DNA of 38,940 nucleotides from a virus: IMG/VR virus record IMGVR_UViG_3300045988_115954; one strand, 5' to 3'. Shown piece by piece: positions 38,658 to 38,940 of this stretch (position 1 is its first letter; each line of letters starts with the position of its first letter). The notes under the pieces were generated by a model. It saw only the letters and a program-made list of their open reading frames with translations, ran no database searches and was not told where the DNA came from. The position numbers and the translations under genes were made by a program.

Positions 38658-38851
38658 CTAAAAGCGGTCCATATCCTCTTGTGTTGCAATGACAGGGTGG
38701 TCCAGCTTGTCGTTTTCCGCCTCTACAAACATATCATTTATCATTCCGATAGTGAGAAGGTCTAGGTCTCGAATAGATATTCCAAGCTGGACCGCCCTGA
38801 GCATCAAAAGCGGGGTTGTGATTTCCCGGTCTACTGCTCTAGTTTTTTTTT
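38658..38851 (-). CDS. Tail assembly chaperone -1 frameshift extension (gpT-like part of a G-T fusion)
   Basis: From the A9 run, the -1 frame reads KTRAVDREITTPLLMLRAVQLGISIRDLDLLTIGMINDMFVEAENDKLDHPVIATQEDMDRF*. It ends 9 nt before the tape measure ATG. The +1 frame stops immediately. Confidence 0.65.
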
Positions 38852-38940
38852 AGCTTCTGCCAGAGACTCTACATTTCCTTCCCACAAAGAGCGGATCACA
38901 GGAAAGATTTGATAAATCGAGAATGTATTAAAGCCATCCA
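38831..38940 (-). CDS. 3' end of the tail assembly chaperone gene. Nt 38842-38940 duplicate nt 1-99.
   Basis: This continues the ORF that starts at 352, across the circular junction. The stop codon is TAG at 38831-38833. Confidence 0.7.
   Translation of the reverse strand, partial: DGFNTFSIYQIFPVIRSLWEGNVESLAEAKKKLEQ
38842..38940. repeat. Second copy of the 99-nt terminal overlap
   Basis: Identical to nt 1-99. Confidence 0.95.
38843..38851 (-). promoter_or_regulatory. Slippery A_AAA_AAA_AAC run for the chaperone -1 frameshift (duplicate copy at nt 2-10)
   Basis: The zero frame is GCT AAA AAA AAA CTA GAG CAG TAG. Read directly. Confidence 0.6.

Noticed and set aside
1-38940. Search for a reverse transcriptase (DGR/retron), cas genes, or recognisable multi-gene defence systems
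   Set aside because: No RT motifs (YxDD context), no repeat-spacer arrays and no recognisable defence enzymes were seen in any real ORF. The only nuclease or ATPase genes fit the phage recombination and packaging modules.

Overview
The window is one complete, circularly assembled temperate siphovirus-type phage or prophage genome. Nt 1-99 are repeated exactly at 38842-38940, so the unique length is 38,841 bp. The host looks like a Firmicute or Clostridia-type bacterium, judging by XkdX/XhlA-type genes, sigma-A-type promoters, GAAC-N4-GTTC boxes and strong GGAGG Shine-Dalgarno (SD) sites.

Layout:
- Minus strand, early/replication operon (19870 down to 9437): SMC/Rad50-like ATPase, DUF669-like protein, MBL hydrolase, Lin1244-type initiator, G39P-like loader, short C5-methyltransferase-like protein, and many small ORFs.
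- Minus strand, late operon (8623 down to 1, continuing 38940 down to 27911): HNH, TerS, TerL, portal, protease, HK97-type capsid, connectors, major tail, frameshifted tail chaperone, tape measure, tail tip, collagen-like fibre, Kelch-like protein, XkdX, XhlA, holins and a CHAP endolysin.
- Minus strand, cargo region (27895 down to 24013).
- Plus strand, lysogeny module (20022-23762): CI-like repressor, lipoprotein, BRO-N/DinD-like protein and tyrosine integrase. It ends at an attP-like region holding a tRNA 3' fragment.
- Plus strand, two opposite-sense morons (8802-9199 and 18974-19420).

Most interesting observations:
1. A six-gene cargo operon of orphan Cys-, Gly-, Gln/Met/Pro- and Arg/Tyr-rich proteins lies between the lysis cassette and attP.
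2. Next to it, convergent promoters flank a small hydrophobic peptide in a type I toxin-antitoxin-like arrangement.
3. Two LexA-type boxes each sit inside the spacer of a near-consensus promoter. One drives a 44-aa candidate antirepressor that converges on a repressor lacking a peptidase domain.
4. A canonical -1 frameshift site at the capsid stop codon opens into an Ig/cadherin-like domain.
5. An IS110-family 5' remnant keeps its structured non-coding leader.
6. A promoter-plus-terminator small RNA candidate lies inside the lysis region.

All functional calls come from reading translated ORFs and motifs by eye. No database search was run.
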